Source: Gammaproteobacteria bacterium
Lineage (GTDB): Bacteria > Pseudomonadota > Gammaproteobacteria > SZUA-229
NCBI GenBank assembly: GCA_016744065.1
Contig: JADGFA010000020.1
Span: forward strand, 4,930-68,929
Direction of reading: 5' to 3'
Length of the DNA stretch: 64,000 nucleotides
Part shown: piece after piece, positions 18,101-24,605 of the stretch
Layout: every line of letters begins with the position of its first letter
How positions within the stretch are numbered: the stretch's first letter is position 1
Program-made: the position numbers and the translations under genes
The notes under the pieces: model-generated
Told to the model about the DNA's origin: nothing
What the model saw: the letters and a program-made list of their open reading frames with translations, nothing else
The model's database searches: none

Positions 18101-19982
18101 AAAAAATGGTGTGATGGGTAGCGGTGTGAATAGTTTTATTGTATTGGGAATGCAGGGCAATTCACTTACACCAGAGCAAGCATTAAGTGTGGTTAGCGGC
18201 GTTAGTGTTACTGCCAGTGAAATTGTTGAAAGTTTAACGAGTGCCAATGACCCAACTGCAGTATTTATGCGTATTTTAACGGGTAATGTAAAACAGGCAG
18301 ATATGTTGCCACCCGATCGTATGCTGGGAAGTGGACAGGCTTATGCTATTCCTAACGCCATTTTGGCAATATTGGGGCAAGTACGTAAAGTCGTTAAACC
18401 CTTACCTTCGCCTGACGCATATGCATCAGATAATACCTGGGGCTATTTAAAAACTGTGCCATTTATGAACTGGAATAACAGCTCAGCACAATTATCTGAT
18501 GCGGGCCATTATGCAGAAGATATGAATGAAATGATTGGTATGGCCAGTGGTTTTAATGCGGCAGGTGCTGCTAACCAGGGGACAGAAGTCGTACAGAAAG
18601 TCATGATAGCAGGAGCTGATATTGCACGTTTAGGCATTACAGGTATAGCTCCATTGATTGACCCCGATCCGAACAATCATCAGGCTGTGGCGGCAATTCA
18701 ACAACGTGCACTGTTTGACACATTGGCAGGTGATACACCGGGTTTCTCAGGTGTATCCGGCGGTTTACAACGTGAGTGGTTTATTGAAAACCCCAGTCAG
18801 CCAGGTGATTTAACCTTAGAAATGTATGGCCAACTCGTCTTCCCATTCTTTGGTCGTCATGTAGGCATGATGCAGTTAATCACGCAAGGTGATACGGCAG
18901 TATTAGATTTTCAATCAGCGAACGCAACAGAAGCCATAGGTGATTTTGTTGGTGGACTCACAGGAGGAGTGCATGCTCAGTTCTCAGTGGATGATCATGG
19001 CGCATTAGGCCTGGCATATCAGGGAAATACCAAACTGGAAATATTATCTAACACGATTGCTGAAGGTGCAGCTAGTGGGTTCATCCGTGATTTTAATGTG
19101 CCAGGCAGTGAGAATTTAACGCCTTTGCAATATGCTAAAAAACAGGCGGAAACAATTGATATTTTACAGTGTGCTTCATTAGAAACACAAATTGTTCCAT
19201 TTCCTCTTTCATTAACCGGTGTGGGTGCAACGGCAAATATAGGCGGCTTTATGGAAAAAACTGACCTGGGTGCGACGTTTGGTAGCCGAGTTGGTTTAAG
19301 TGGAAATTTAAATTTTCCAGTGATTACTTCTTTATTAGGTATTACATTGGATGGTGATATTACATCAGCCTATGGTGGCAGTTTAAACCCCGTTACCGGA
19401 CAGGTTGAGTTAAGCAATCAAACATGTGTTAACCCGGATATTAGTTTGACCGTATTTGGGCAGAGCTTTTCACTAACCGGTGTTAATGCTGAAGTGGCGA
19501 GCTTTATTGAAGGTGACTTAACTACGCTTAATCCTGCTGCCGGTATTAAAATGAAAGTAAGTTTAAATAGTGCTGTGGTAACCGCTATTAAAACAAACTT
19601 AGGCTGTTTTAATGAATCATTCGAACCCTTTAAATTGCTCGGTGATTTTGTATCTGATCCGACAGGTACATTAACTGAACAAGGCATTTGTACCGTACTG
19701 GATGCAGCTTCTACGGCGAGTATGTGGGTTGTTCTTAGAAATGAATTCCCGGCTAAAGCACAGATGATTCTCGGTTTTGGTGAGCTTCCCGCTAAGCAAC
19801 GTAACACAGTAGAGCCGTTCTTCATTGCTAATTACTCAATAGGTAATAATGGCAATATTACCCCGGGGTTAATTGAAATTAGTAAGCAGGCCGGTGACTG
19901 GGGCGGTTGGCCGGGATCGAAAAATATAAATATCTGTAATAAACAAATGTGTAACCTGAGTCAGTTTGAGGCTTTGCAGTAG
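6129..19982 (+). CDS. Giant secreted protein (4617 aa), function unknown
   Basis: Single uninterrupted 13.85 kb ORF. N-terminal Sec signal (FIFLSLVIGLIPAYSSASID). Beta-rich N-terminal ~1400 aa (Ig/CARDB-like composition). ~2000-aa L/Q/N/A/E-rich helical core. Internal Gly/Ala-rich hydrophobic segment (GLGAGADIVKATLAGV...VAVAVAVTGGTAGLGA). G/T/S-rich beta-like C-terminal ~900 aa. No RTX nonapeptides, cadherin, YD or obvious tandem repeats. AGGA sits directly before the ATG, so the true start may be the TTG two codons downstream. Confidence 0.9.
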   Translation: MVLFAINIRFIFLSLVIGLIPAYSSASIDISVDVTGTDRGASSAASKVFVERIELSFPNNRASQTVNLNSKKLYARAKFKYLGNGPLIVRWKVDGRVISQSSEILTFGKEVEIRSDKNKTFLPTYQRGSHVVTLELRNSSGLIDVTVPTIKYFVADGVAGLETDTPLRLMYPSAAQVDPAKVYFRWQGQSLFKAYSIEVQRIASKTVSAATLIKAISDIDVYSPTDKTRSEFVAADYRWRVKGIYQGKKLKPLTSKWANFSVSNDALSGGLFIRQISAETSISDTGLSAQSLQIKQQIINNSQRLISPQHVVSQGNITAGSGYQLNIELQNSGFIDANNAAVEVHDHSGLIGRYPVTAAVNNNVSVLISLDADSNNQISYENLNIILLNNNHVIDEGAINLTISPELRLDALDFDEINTQLGEVVAIANPCGSTSPAHNLAFSRMVSARSLQSTQSVLDTGSFTFVKNQNIEFTAYLKDKGLGNWFASSRNNCGISPLSPFDRRALNDEIDDLLALVQQCYSEHTGNNPDKSCKNQINALSAAQEQRNQDDIYNGNAFHLQFIAHPLDQYGQLSGEPIEIGQVTVNKNNDGLVKSPFWKVPESGQYKITLNDISEPVDLFATNINGLPKYIHAGGFVLELDQVHSSSDITNMNPRQASINGVAYTHWAGDSSQQRLLLDLDNVSVTMQANPLHGVLSGGELNLKENQSITLALKDVSMQLNQLQLNISGAIADLAYKMPGYNPSMFSNITSYSFTKGGKGEVIQNSIPNNGNIKFQQLKIFNGGEFVARYDFDNSWADTRLNNDDLALRLKGSTLVIDASKHFSFTDYTSEEEFTGMGFYNALVRLKVNNSNGLFSLVDAEHGFIYGRANWLNYSENNVSGENIEVVSAVNVADFFNQTVATEFELLQPFGFKLKITGGVFSLEDSQIGGLDLSGSVNLPGSNDSDENALSHVISNHEFVFQHLHRRASATGVNLFSTELVDDSSINFSVGVFDYQPENITFYIGEEDRPAYHSLNNPALDQLEQWEHEALTHWQESISNVLTERAGLLMSNGRFGKSWQVIASNEDTLDGFHRGAFLVNSQGFTGQWIDAGDTRHYQSNGFDSKVTASWIKFEGSSLVDSYVKGQLIVPYPVDQKFAFTGKLDQEAGFNIPENALQMPSENNWDLSYWKARLHVPEDETTEILTPTYNAITRSELPVVAPSHLYFDSDNQRIKIQGLGLSLLVSDESGGEEFTAIESDIPFNIDTYILPDGQLTETYITPNANIQFIGQAFEPDSHDAIQFLPYLGNHQAPADDVTATSQPLIQIQGNISFSVFGPRTVTIHHTASGAKVPEISRSPNIDEYYGEGDAIRVNAQLKFINTYARSAEGVASQVSQSTGETSENLQAFKAFVGTADLVMMNAVSIKGLAEAGIHQQSVLQRNDDNNGIFVPVAGGEQVAYERLGLGAGADIVKATLAGVRGLETATKLGGAAVSAVAGVDGTGQQVVDLGVDAVNFIESVAVAVAVTGGTAGLGAEEIRHAIDNGLATTDSAIKLLKIICDQQPGCLEDTSLQLDVASLFVRIAGGVSHFEQLTAEEIASISLQMMDTGIPLLRGIPVGQVADVPVNDIKDASLSAAHMVVGAARTLVDNNGRIAFADFLKISRRAVHMASDIRHINGLVQAGDEQKLLDLSISLANESIDMVDAFNNSGGINSVKLNGLTNQMIKLMCSQSENINPLFHKAGLAQANDQFIKPILSFSSQVLEKVETEGLPQNEQQAVSTFLINLLQSLSEGTGSIEGCETSQMQAMPAVQAMLKIAAHSLKPMKGALNNEGKQIAWALDGVSLSIDAVNEFSQQLNGNSFAEAQQIKTLLNNLSATFNNLQTDLSENQNNTDKGRTILRLAKGIPEAFQDLVSTGSPQAAELMDIYIALMRELEILISNAENISANELEGIDLFALPLALINETQDLSMLNQCQKYALSNLTNIISMSREVAKDSPSLSQIVSYSRSIHNNIKSCDQTGFSRNPELEKLMVLLELSASMLNNNQQTALLVKNSLPQLLPLFVDGSVRMLESVQAFIMALPIIDFTQDDLTPVLDDTLIKLLNEAESRSSSSTTKNAIRKARSIISHADFNIIGLTLTRDDTGNVTSMKQIRADGSERFYDFSLGWFKQIYPEGHPDYTGGVDELYSAGSLSYENLSAADKLDMFSENWNAEYANGDIHIRKYKDALGNYIIADNTNGADFVFITDAVSYGATTPERLIQVNGLPDVNTLASDINIESIWRASFYLPDNDSDCPFAGGCIVKFQNSLTYLTIHSVVNSSNLVVYTDSEENMVDSLDEIRPEGQLMLFNGRIISTQNNWNPLWQVNYRSDGVISIKKSDSIEVLNIGDANLIDSISEIINLVTSANNFVYRRVITGNDIWDYRPKDNRAIHSFGNGQWAVYHMDSVLADGIAVPAPEQILPMSELSLQFEGDANGLTENSNLPGVAENMLVDGDIQIPSENPGDVIVITLSGTGAGSVTVGGVPLDIVADNSAASSEPDGMGSRPLQDDGSYIVNGSNGNSSHYIGSNKDNMKIIRSTSASGIRTVDITFCSNPSLSLAMCAGGDESYSANYLVSSNYEIFYLPVRPVITPASGINQAIKHQLWLDVFELERQLKINPSEELLNRLAMLIDNAEDQGLPADELLAQHKHIAATAIKKLIMLQFEYYENNVSNLQTQQGWETNPDSSPAHKIKQLIERGESSGLAISIHANSFKQRFYEMQVLNYRSQLHQLMALNLSASDTSSIEKFKTHISALGDATITMSALGDNEILSTLSEYVCGKLEQVENDIIQPLVSDTNRVVFKSDIKFALDVMAYSDEYGCENVDFIAEVSSLTDRLLVGSESDSLSLQVSSVMLEKMILNQNPETGDYNHSGGLSSDDLIRFYMDKAWHGSNVENLNPPEANQYSLWAQQIQVLDRAIELIKSERIRRSNNGLTVYFYESSVEDLKTSMVNKLKLAWEAEWNRLFTQFRNNKTNKLDDLKGLAVHYELTAQLNAALKLTLSKDLIEVDSQQYLRSKENGSWNSPLNQMKDQQQAWIDEIWLTNNTVDVNKQNLHQQDDVIAFLKNTFPEDRLAGIKVSEKILMERLNQEMDNLEVAIARPDIDDILDDILKPVTDIDKLLSKLQIDSLRQRMDERVQTLLDQAVERVRTSSNDVLNLEIQKIIAIQTKHNGNINGIVNNQNIMSALANACDTAQQAMISQSTVDDLSHIQRFINVANMQESLGVESDQACSLSEAAEVMGHLLQEAFAELVRTQDINQVVPYLNLAEHAVALGNETDIGMAEIGVIIDRHRLQILSCVDTKNCTINNIKDYIKAAAQAQSLGVVDINLGADIDSMTSSSPDTMPGSIQRESDLPDLAQLVKSDASGSNGRSIASNILLSLGASLDLTNAQARKSINSIIARLKSLGSLTIPASFNKPVQINDPLFNAADDLQLKFDTWLEQATQQLADALNEDPGILVTDAVDGSASTIEGLGFTDEEIENILLPALNGNPGDDRIEPGNKYRLAATALEEINDLDGTAFLNLSYRILKNIPDPDITAEGDYRLAGIAQLTTFIFARSGEFVVSAGQVLSEDDIKDLPAANVLFTLLNLPAQQDPLQALATTIETQLISPLINGENASMSCAQGVGPCVLSSGLQIVAISLDSLIVTAQESDLENSDNGTANKQQKLIVYLNQLATKLSAVSNDGSAEAFWFSLGGEGLGISLMMFEQNIDLEKKLALRGLQLANKLFTHSQVDQFVSGLVQPVPMAFYFVRDSSVFLQQQLSENNDQNLPVAMARLVQGAVVDTMQSIDPALASFGNELMGWQLDFADANWELISAGTIEANEWMAALVSDKGVASLNCRVNASTNLSIPPALSLSPFVAAQSLINNRALLGRTENSPKLLADLSADLSNLWFAKIENSHCDNVSVPVITADNDQPTAKLLRQLGSIDMSKGADLAAVQVVGNFGIGAINMLLPETSLSNVMNLVWNGSTEKNGVMGSGVNSFIVLGMQGNSLTPEQALSVVSGVSVTASEIVESLTSANDPTAVFMRILTGNVKQADMLPPDRMLGSGQAYAIPNAILAILGQVRKVVKPLPSPDAYASDNTWGYLKTVPFMNWNNSSAQLSDAGHYAEDMNEMIGMASGFNAAGAANQGTEVVQKVMIAGADIARLGITGIAPLIDPDPNNHQAVAAIQQRALFDTLAGDTPGFSGVSGGLQREWFIENPSQPGDLTLEMYGQLVFPFFGRHVGMMQLITQGDTAVLDFQSANATEAIGDFVGGLTGGVHAQFSVDDHGALGLAYQGNTKLEILSNTIAEGAASGFIRDFNVPGSENLTPLQYAKKQAETIDILQCASLETQIVPFPLSLTGVGATANIGGFMEKTDLGATFGSRVGLSGNLNFPVITSLLGITLDGDITSAYGGSLNPVTGQVELSNQTCVNPDISLTVFGQSFSLTGVNAEVASFIEGDLTTLNPAAGIKMKVSLNSAVVTAIKTNLGCFNESFEPFKLLGDFVSDPTGTLTEQGICTVLDAASTASMWVVLRNEFPAKAQMILGFGELPAKQRNTVEPFFIANYSIGNNGNITPGLIEISKQAGDWGGWPGSKNINICNKQMCNLSQFEALQ

Positions 19983-19984
19983 CA

Positions 19985-21337
19985 ATGAAAAATATGAAAA
20001 AATTAAAGGCTTTAGTTATCCCTGAATATATTTGTCGAAAACTTAATGAGTGTGAATCGAAATCTGTAGAATACGCTAACAGTAGTCTGGTGCTAAATAT
20101 ATTTATACGAAAATTGATATTAGCATCTATTGTTTTTTTTCTACCCATCAATGCATTCGCAGATATCACGGGATTTCAGGTGAAATCCACAGAAAAATCA
20201 ATTTTTTTAAAATGGCATAAAACCGATAAAATAATCAGTTTGTATCGTAAGGCATATCAGTTACCCATAGCATGGGAAAAGCAGAAAAGTAAAAAAATAG
20301 ATAAAGGCGAAAAAATTGCAGAATTAAAATCAGGTGAATCAGAATATATAGACAATAATGTAAAAGAAAATACACGATATTATTATCGACTTCAATATGC
20401 CAACGATAAAAAAACGACTTTATCTTCTGCTCTGGTTTCATCCTTAAAAGACACAACGCCACCTGATGCAGTAAAAATAAATACCGCAAAAGCAGTTAAT
20501 TACAGTAAGCTGATATTAAACTGGAGCGCAAGCAAATCACCCGATGTGGTTGCATATCGAATTTATCGATCACAAAAAAACACATCACCAAAAATAATAA
20601 AAATAGTAAATTTTAATAACAAAAGCAGCAAACAAATAACCACAGAAATACTACAGAAAAAGAATGCTCAAATTGAATATAATTACTTTATTTCCGCAGT
20701 AGATGGCGCGGGAAATGTATCCCCATTATCAAGCTCAATTGCATTGCAGTTACCCGATACAATTGCACCTCAATCACCGTTGCAGTTAACCGCAACACAA
20801 ACAGAAAAGGGTCTGGAGTTACACTGGCTAGCTGATCTTGTAAATGATGTATCTGGTTATGCTGTGTATCGCAAAAGCAGTAATGACGAAACATTTAAAA
20901 AACTAAATAATGACTTGATTTATACACCTGTTTTTATCGATACAGAAATACAGGCTAATAAGAAATATCGTTACCGTGTCGTCGCAATCGATCAATTCGG
21001 AAATGAAAGCAAACCGACTAAAGGTTTGCTGGTTTTTATAAATAATAAATATTTTAGTGTTATTGCTCCAGATAGTTTTCTCATTACTACAACACAACAG
21101 GGAAGACCTGCCTTAAACTGGGCATTAAAAAATAATCAGTCAATTTCAGGTGTTATTGTACTGCGCAGTGAAGGTGATGGTTTTAAGGTGGTTTCTAAAC
21201 TGCTTAAAAATAATGCCTTTGTCGATGATTCCGTTAAGCTTAACCGCAGTTATAAATATAAGCTTAAAACCCTGGCGACCAATGGAGAACAATCGGTTGG
21301 TTCTAATGTGGTGCTGTGGAAAGGGGCAATGAAATGA
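19985..21337 (+). CDS. Secreted protein with ~4 fibronectin type III-like domains
   Basis: 3-nt gap after the giant gene. Internal signal-like segment LILASIVFFLPINAFA, so the true start may be downstream of 19985. FN3 hallmarks: ...LNWSAS..PDVVAYRIYRS..., ...LHWLADLVNDVSGYAVYRK...YRYRVVAIDQFGNES... Confidence 0.65.
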   Translation: MKNMKKLKALVIPEYICRKLNECESKSVEYANSSLVLNIFIRKLILASIVFFLPINAFADITGFQVKSTEKSIFLKWHKTDKIISLYRKAYQLPIAWEKQKSKKIDKGEKIAELKSGESEYIDNNVKENTRYYYRLQYANDKKTTLSSALVSSLKDTTPPDAVKINTAKAVNYSKLILNWSASKSPDVVAYRIYRSQKNTSPKIIKIVNFNNKSSKQITTEILQKKNAQIEYNYFISAVDGAGNVSPLSSSIALQLPDTIAPQSPLQLTATQTEKGLELHWLADLVNDVSGYAVYRKSSNDETFKKLNNDLIYTPVFIDTEIQANKKYRYRVVAIDQFGNESKPTKGLLVFINNKYFSVIAPDSFLITTTQQGRPALNWALKNNQSISGVIVLRSEGDGFKVVSKLLKNNAFVDDSVKLNRSYKYKLKTLATNGEQSVGSNVVLWKGAMK

Positions 21338-22398
21338 AATGGCTTGTTAACCCATCTTCTTCTAGATTCCTGTCTGTTTTATTAGCTATATTATCAAGTG
21401 TATCGCCATTAAAATCTGAAACACTGTTAACTCTGCCTGGGTTTACAGCAACAGCCAACATACAATTAGAGAATAACCCTGATGAAAGCCTGGTTTACGT
21501 TTCTGGCACCGTTAAAAAAATAAATACGCCGTCAGCAGAAAATATAATTGCCCCCAATATAACCGTGCGTTTCTGGCAGCCAGAAAATCCGGGCTCTTAT
21601 GTTACCGCAATAACAAATGAAAATGGTGTGTATACCATTGGTTTAACAGAAGGGGCCTGGCAGGGAGAGGCCTGTGGTTCTGATGCAGCTTACTATCCGT
21701 CAAGCTGGCAAGTGCTGGTGCAGGATAAAAAATTATTACAGTTACAGGCACATGATCAAAAAACAATTGAGCTGGATATGTTAACGCCAAGTAACCTTAT
21801 TAATCAACATAATACGGTAACCCTGACAGGGCGTGGATTTGGCTGTAATGGATCACTGGTTTTTACCTATTCCAATTCAGTTGATATTTGTAACAAGTCT
21901 TCAGATATCGAGTATGACCATGAAGTTATAACGTTAAATGATTTTTCATATCGCACTGATACGCAATTGCGTTTTGCTATGCCAGAGCTTTCAGACGTAC
22001 GCGATGTACACAAACACATTGCTTATGTTCGATACCAGCAGGGTAATTATAAAAGTCGATACATTGGTATTGGTGAAATGGTTTTGGCATCACAGTCCTC
22101 GAATGTGATTCTTTGTCAGGGTGGGCAAGTAGCTAACCAGTCTAATGTTGCCATATTAAACGGCACCCTGGGAATGCAGGGCATTGTCACTCAGATTGGA
22201 GGAACTGCTTTTAATAATGCTGGAGCAGGGGTTGTATCCGGTGTTGTTGGTGATACGCATCTGGGTGGCGGTAATAACCCGCAATTGACAGGCAGTGATT
22301 TTGCATCGGAAATGAGTTTTCAAAATTTAGAAATTGAGGGTGTGTCTGGCATCATGCAGTTTAATGGACAAGTGCCAAATATGGAGTTAAATCAATGA
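21334..22398 (+). CDS. Secreted protein, possible carboxypeptidase-regulatory-like (transthyretin-fold) N-terminal domain
   Basis: Overlaps the preceding stop, suggesting translational coupling. Signal peptide MKWLVNPSSSRFLSVLLAILSSVSP. VSGTVKKI...ITVRFWQPENPGSYVTAITNENGVYTIGL resembles a CarbopepD_reg/Cna-B-like beta-sandwich. Confidence 0.5.
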   Translation: MKWLVNPSSSRFLSVLLAILSSVSPLKSETLLTLPGFTATANIQLENNPDESLVYVSGTVKKINTPSAENIIAPNITVRFWQPENPGSYVTAITNENGVYTIGLTEGAWQGEACGSDAAYYPSSWQVLVQDKKLLQLQAHDQKTIELDMLTPSNLINQHNTVTLTGRGFGCNGSLVFTYSNSVDICNKSSDIEYDHEVITLNDFSYRTDTQLRFAMPELSDVRDVHKHIAYVRYQQGNYKSRYIGIGEMVLASQSSNVILCQGGQVANQSNVAILNGTLGMQGIVTQIGGTAFNNAGAGVVSGVVGDTHLGGGNNPQLTGSDFASEMSFQNLEIEGVSGIMQFNGQVPNMELNQ

Positions 22399-24581
22399 GA
22401 GTACTTTTGTTTTTAGGCTTATCGTATATGATGTTGCCTGTTGTATCTCATGCTGAGATAAAGCAATCAGTTATGCAGGGGCAGCGTGTTGAATTATATC
22501 AGGTTGATGATATTTCTATTCAGTTTGCTAATTTATTTTATCGATTAGAGGGAAGCCAGAAATTTATTCAACAGCCTTTATCAAGAAAGGGTAGTCAATG
22601 GTCTGCACAGCTTAAAGGGCATCAAGTACGTGTTCCTGGTATTGAGTATTATGTTCAACTGACATATAAAAATGGGTCGATAAAAACAGATCCGCCGGCT
22701 CATCCTGAATATAATCCAGAGCGTTTAAGTGTAAATACACTATCTACAGACACAATTCATATTACTAATATGAAAAACAATAAAAATGATAGCATTGAAT
22801 TTATAGTTAATGGTTATGTAGATACTGAAACACGCGTATTTATGGGTGATACTGATATTACAGATATGATGCGCCGTGATAATGATAAATGGACATTAGA
22901 AAATGTAAGTCAGCTATTTGATGGTCCGCAGTCAATTCAGCTAGTTAACACGCAGGGTAATACCATTGCCAAAAGTGCAATAAATATAAGTAATTCTGAT
23001 GAAACGCCCGCTGCTAAAAATGGAGAATTCGTTTTACGCGGTAGTGCCAGTTTTAATATTGGGGGGCAATCGGATGATGATTCAACTACAGATGAATCAT
23101 TAGTCGTTACAGGTAATTTACACATAGAAACAGAATATACTCACAATGATTTTTCTTCTCACTTTTCTGGCGTTGATGTTAATTATGATCATAGTGCCGA
23201 TAAAGAATTCGATTTATCGTCAGGATTTTTATTTACCAATAGTTATAAAAAAACATCACTGGAATTAGGTGATGTGAATGTTAAAGGTACGCCTTTAGTT
23301 CTGTCGGGGTTTTCTCGTCGTGGTTTTGTCGCAGCGACAGAAGGTGAAACATGGAAGGGATCTGTGTTTAATGTAAGAACCAGCACGGTGGATGGATTTG
23401 AATCGGGTATATCATTTGATGACAGGCAAACCTATGGTGCATCGTATGAACAGACAATAGGTGATTCAGGCAATACAAATATTCAGATATCAGCCGTAAG
23501 CGGTGACTTACAACAGCCAGAAACCAGTAATGTAGGGTCTGCAAACACAAATGCACAGGCTGGTGATACATTGGGTTTATTAGTTTCATCAGAGTATGCA
23601 GGTGTCAATATTAATGCGGAGCTAGCAAGTTCTAAATTTGATCTAGATACAAATGATGTCAATAATGCGGTGTCTGATGAGGCCTATGAAGTTCACTTCA
23701 CAAAAAACATTTATGGCTTGGCCTCGTCTTTAGGTTATCAACATTATGGTGCAAATTATGCCACCATTGCAAACCCGAATTTCTCCGGTGATAGAGAGGG
23801 GTTAAATTTATCCTTTGGCAGTAACTGGAAGGCCGTTAGCTGGACAGCTTCACTTTCAAGTATTGAGGATAATGTGGATAATGATCCACTGCGCCCAGTG
23901 GTTACATCTGATAATGCAGGCTTAAGCCTGGATTTTGTTATTGAAAACTGGCCAGCTATTAATATTGGTTTTAATCTAACGAACCAGTCATCTGATAATG
24001 AACCAGATGCAACTGCTGAAGTGGACAATAAAGGCCATGATGTATCATTAGGTTTATCGAATAGTTTTGATGCTTACAACCTGGCCTGGAGCAGTTCTAT
24101 TGGTGAATTAAATAACAAACTGGACGTAACTAATGACAGTGAAACCTCCAGTCATTCTTTAACCATGGGTTATAACTTTGATGCTGCCGATGTTAATTTA
24201 AACCTGTCACAGAATAAAAATGAAACAGATTTTATTCTGACTTCAAATTTAGCTAATCTTTCATTAAATATACCTCTTTTTTCTGACAATGTGGTTTTAA
24301 ATACGCAATTTTCAGCGCAACAGAATGAGGCGGATAATAATTCACAGAATAATGAAATTATTGGCGGCAGTGCCAGAGTTTCCTGGACTTTACACGATAT
24401 TATTATTTTTAAGTCGATGGACTGGGTTAACCCACAGTTTGGTATTAGCTGGACTATGAACAAAACATCAGATCAGATAGATAGCAGTCTGAATGAGTCT
24501 GACAGCACCATTATGTTTGACTTTAGTTTTGGTGCACCAATCAGCTTTGAACAACGTTGGCAGTTTGATGATGAAACTTAA
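22395..24581 (+). CDS. Putative outer-membrane beta-barrel protein (728 aa)
   Basis: 4-nt overlap with the upstream gene. Signal peptide MRVLLFLGLSYMMLPVVSHA. C-terminal ~450 aa made of short alternating hydrophobic/polar strands separated by D/N/S/G-rich loops (LSLDFVIENWPAINIGFNLTN..., SHSLTMGYNFDAADVNLNLSQ...). Ends ...RWQFDDET. Confidence 0.45.
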   Translation: MRVLLFLGLSYMMLPVVSHAEIKQSVMQGQRVELYQVDDISIQFANLFYRLEGSQKFIQQPLSRKGSQWSAQLKGHQVRVPGIEYYVQLTYKNGSIKTDPPAHPEYNPERLSVNTLSTDTIHITNMKNNKNDSIEFIVNGYVDTETRVFMGDTDITDMMRRDNDKWTLENVSQLFDGPQSIQLVNTQGNTIAKSAINISNSDETPAAKNGEFVLRGSASFNIGGQSDDDSTTDESLVVTGNLHIETEYTHNDFSSHFSGVDVNYDHSADKEFDLSSGFLFTNSYKKTSLELGDVNVKGTPLVLSGFSRRGFVAATEGETWKGSVFNVRTSTVDGFESGISFDDRQTYGASYEQTIGDSGNTNIQISAVSGDLQQPETSNVGSANTNAQAGDTLGLLVSSEYAGVNINAELASSKFDLDTNDVNNAVSDEAYEVHFTKNIYGLASSLGYQHYGANYATIANPNFSGDREGLNLSFGSNWKAVSWTASLSSIEDNVDNDPLRPVVTSDNAGLSLDFVIENWPAINIGFNLTNQSSDNEPDATAEVDNKGHDVSLGLSNSFDAYNLAWSSSIGELNNKLDVTNDSETSSHSLTMGYNFDAADVNLNLSQNKNETDFILTSNLANLSLNIPLFSDNVVLNTQFSAQQNEADNNSQNNEIIGGSARVSWTLHDIIIFKSMDWVNPQFGISWTMNKTSDQIDSSLNESDSTIMFDFSFGAPISFEQRWQFDDET

Positions 24582-24605
24582 TAAAAATTTAAATATGGAA
24601 GTCTT

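Noticed and set aside
9191-19825. Numerous 60-160-aa minus-strand ORFs inside the giant gene (e.g. 10829-11218, 16256-16738, 17486-17872, 19418-19825)
   Set aside because: All are antisense to a continuous 13.85-kb ORF with coherent protein features. This is the typical shadow-ORF composition bias, not genes.
6129-19982. RTX/T1SS adhesin or MARTX-type interpretation of the giant protein
   Set aside because: No GGxGxDxUx nonapeptide repeats, no tandem Ig/cadherin repeat array, no C-terminal T1SS signal, and no adjacent ABC/MFP/TolC or TpsB genes. It has an N-terminal Sec signal instead.
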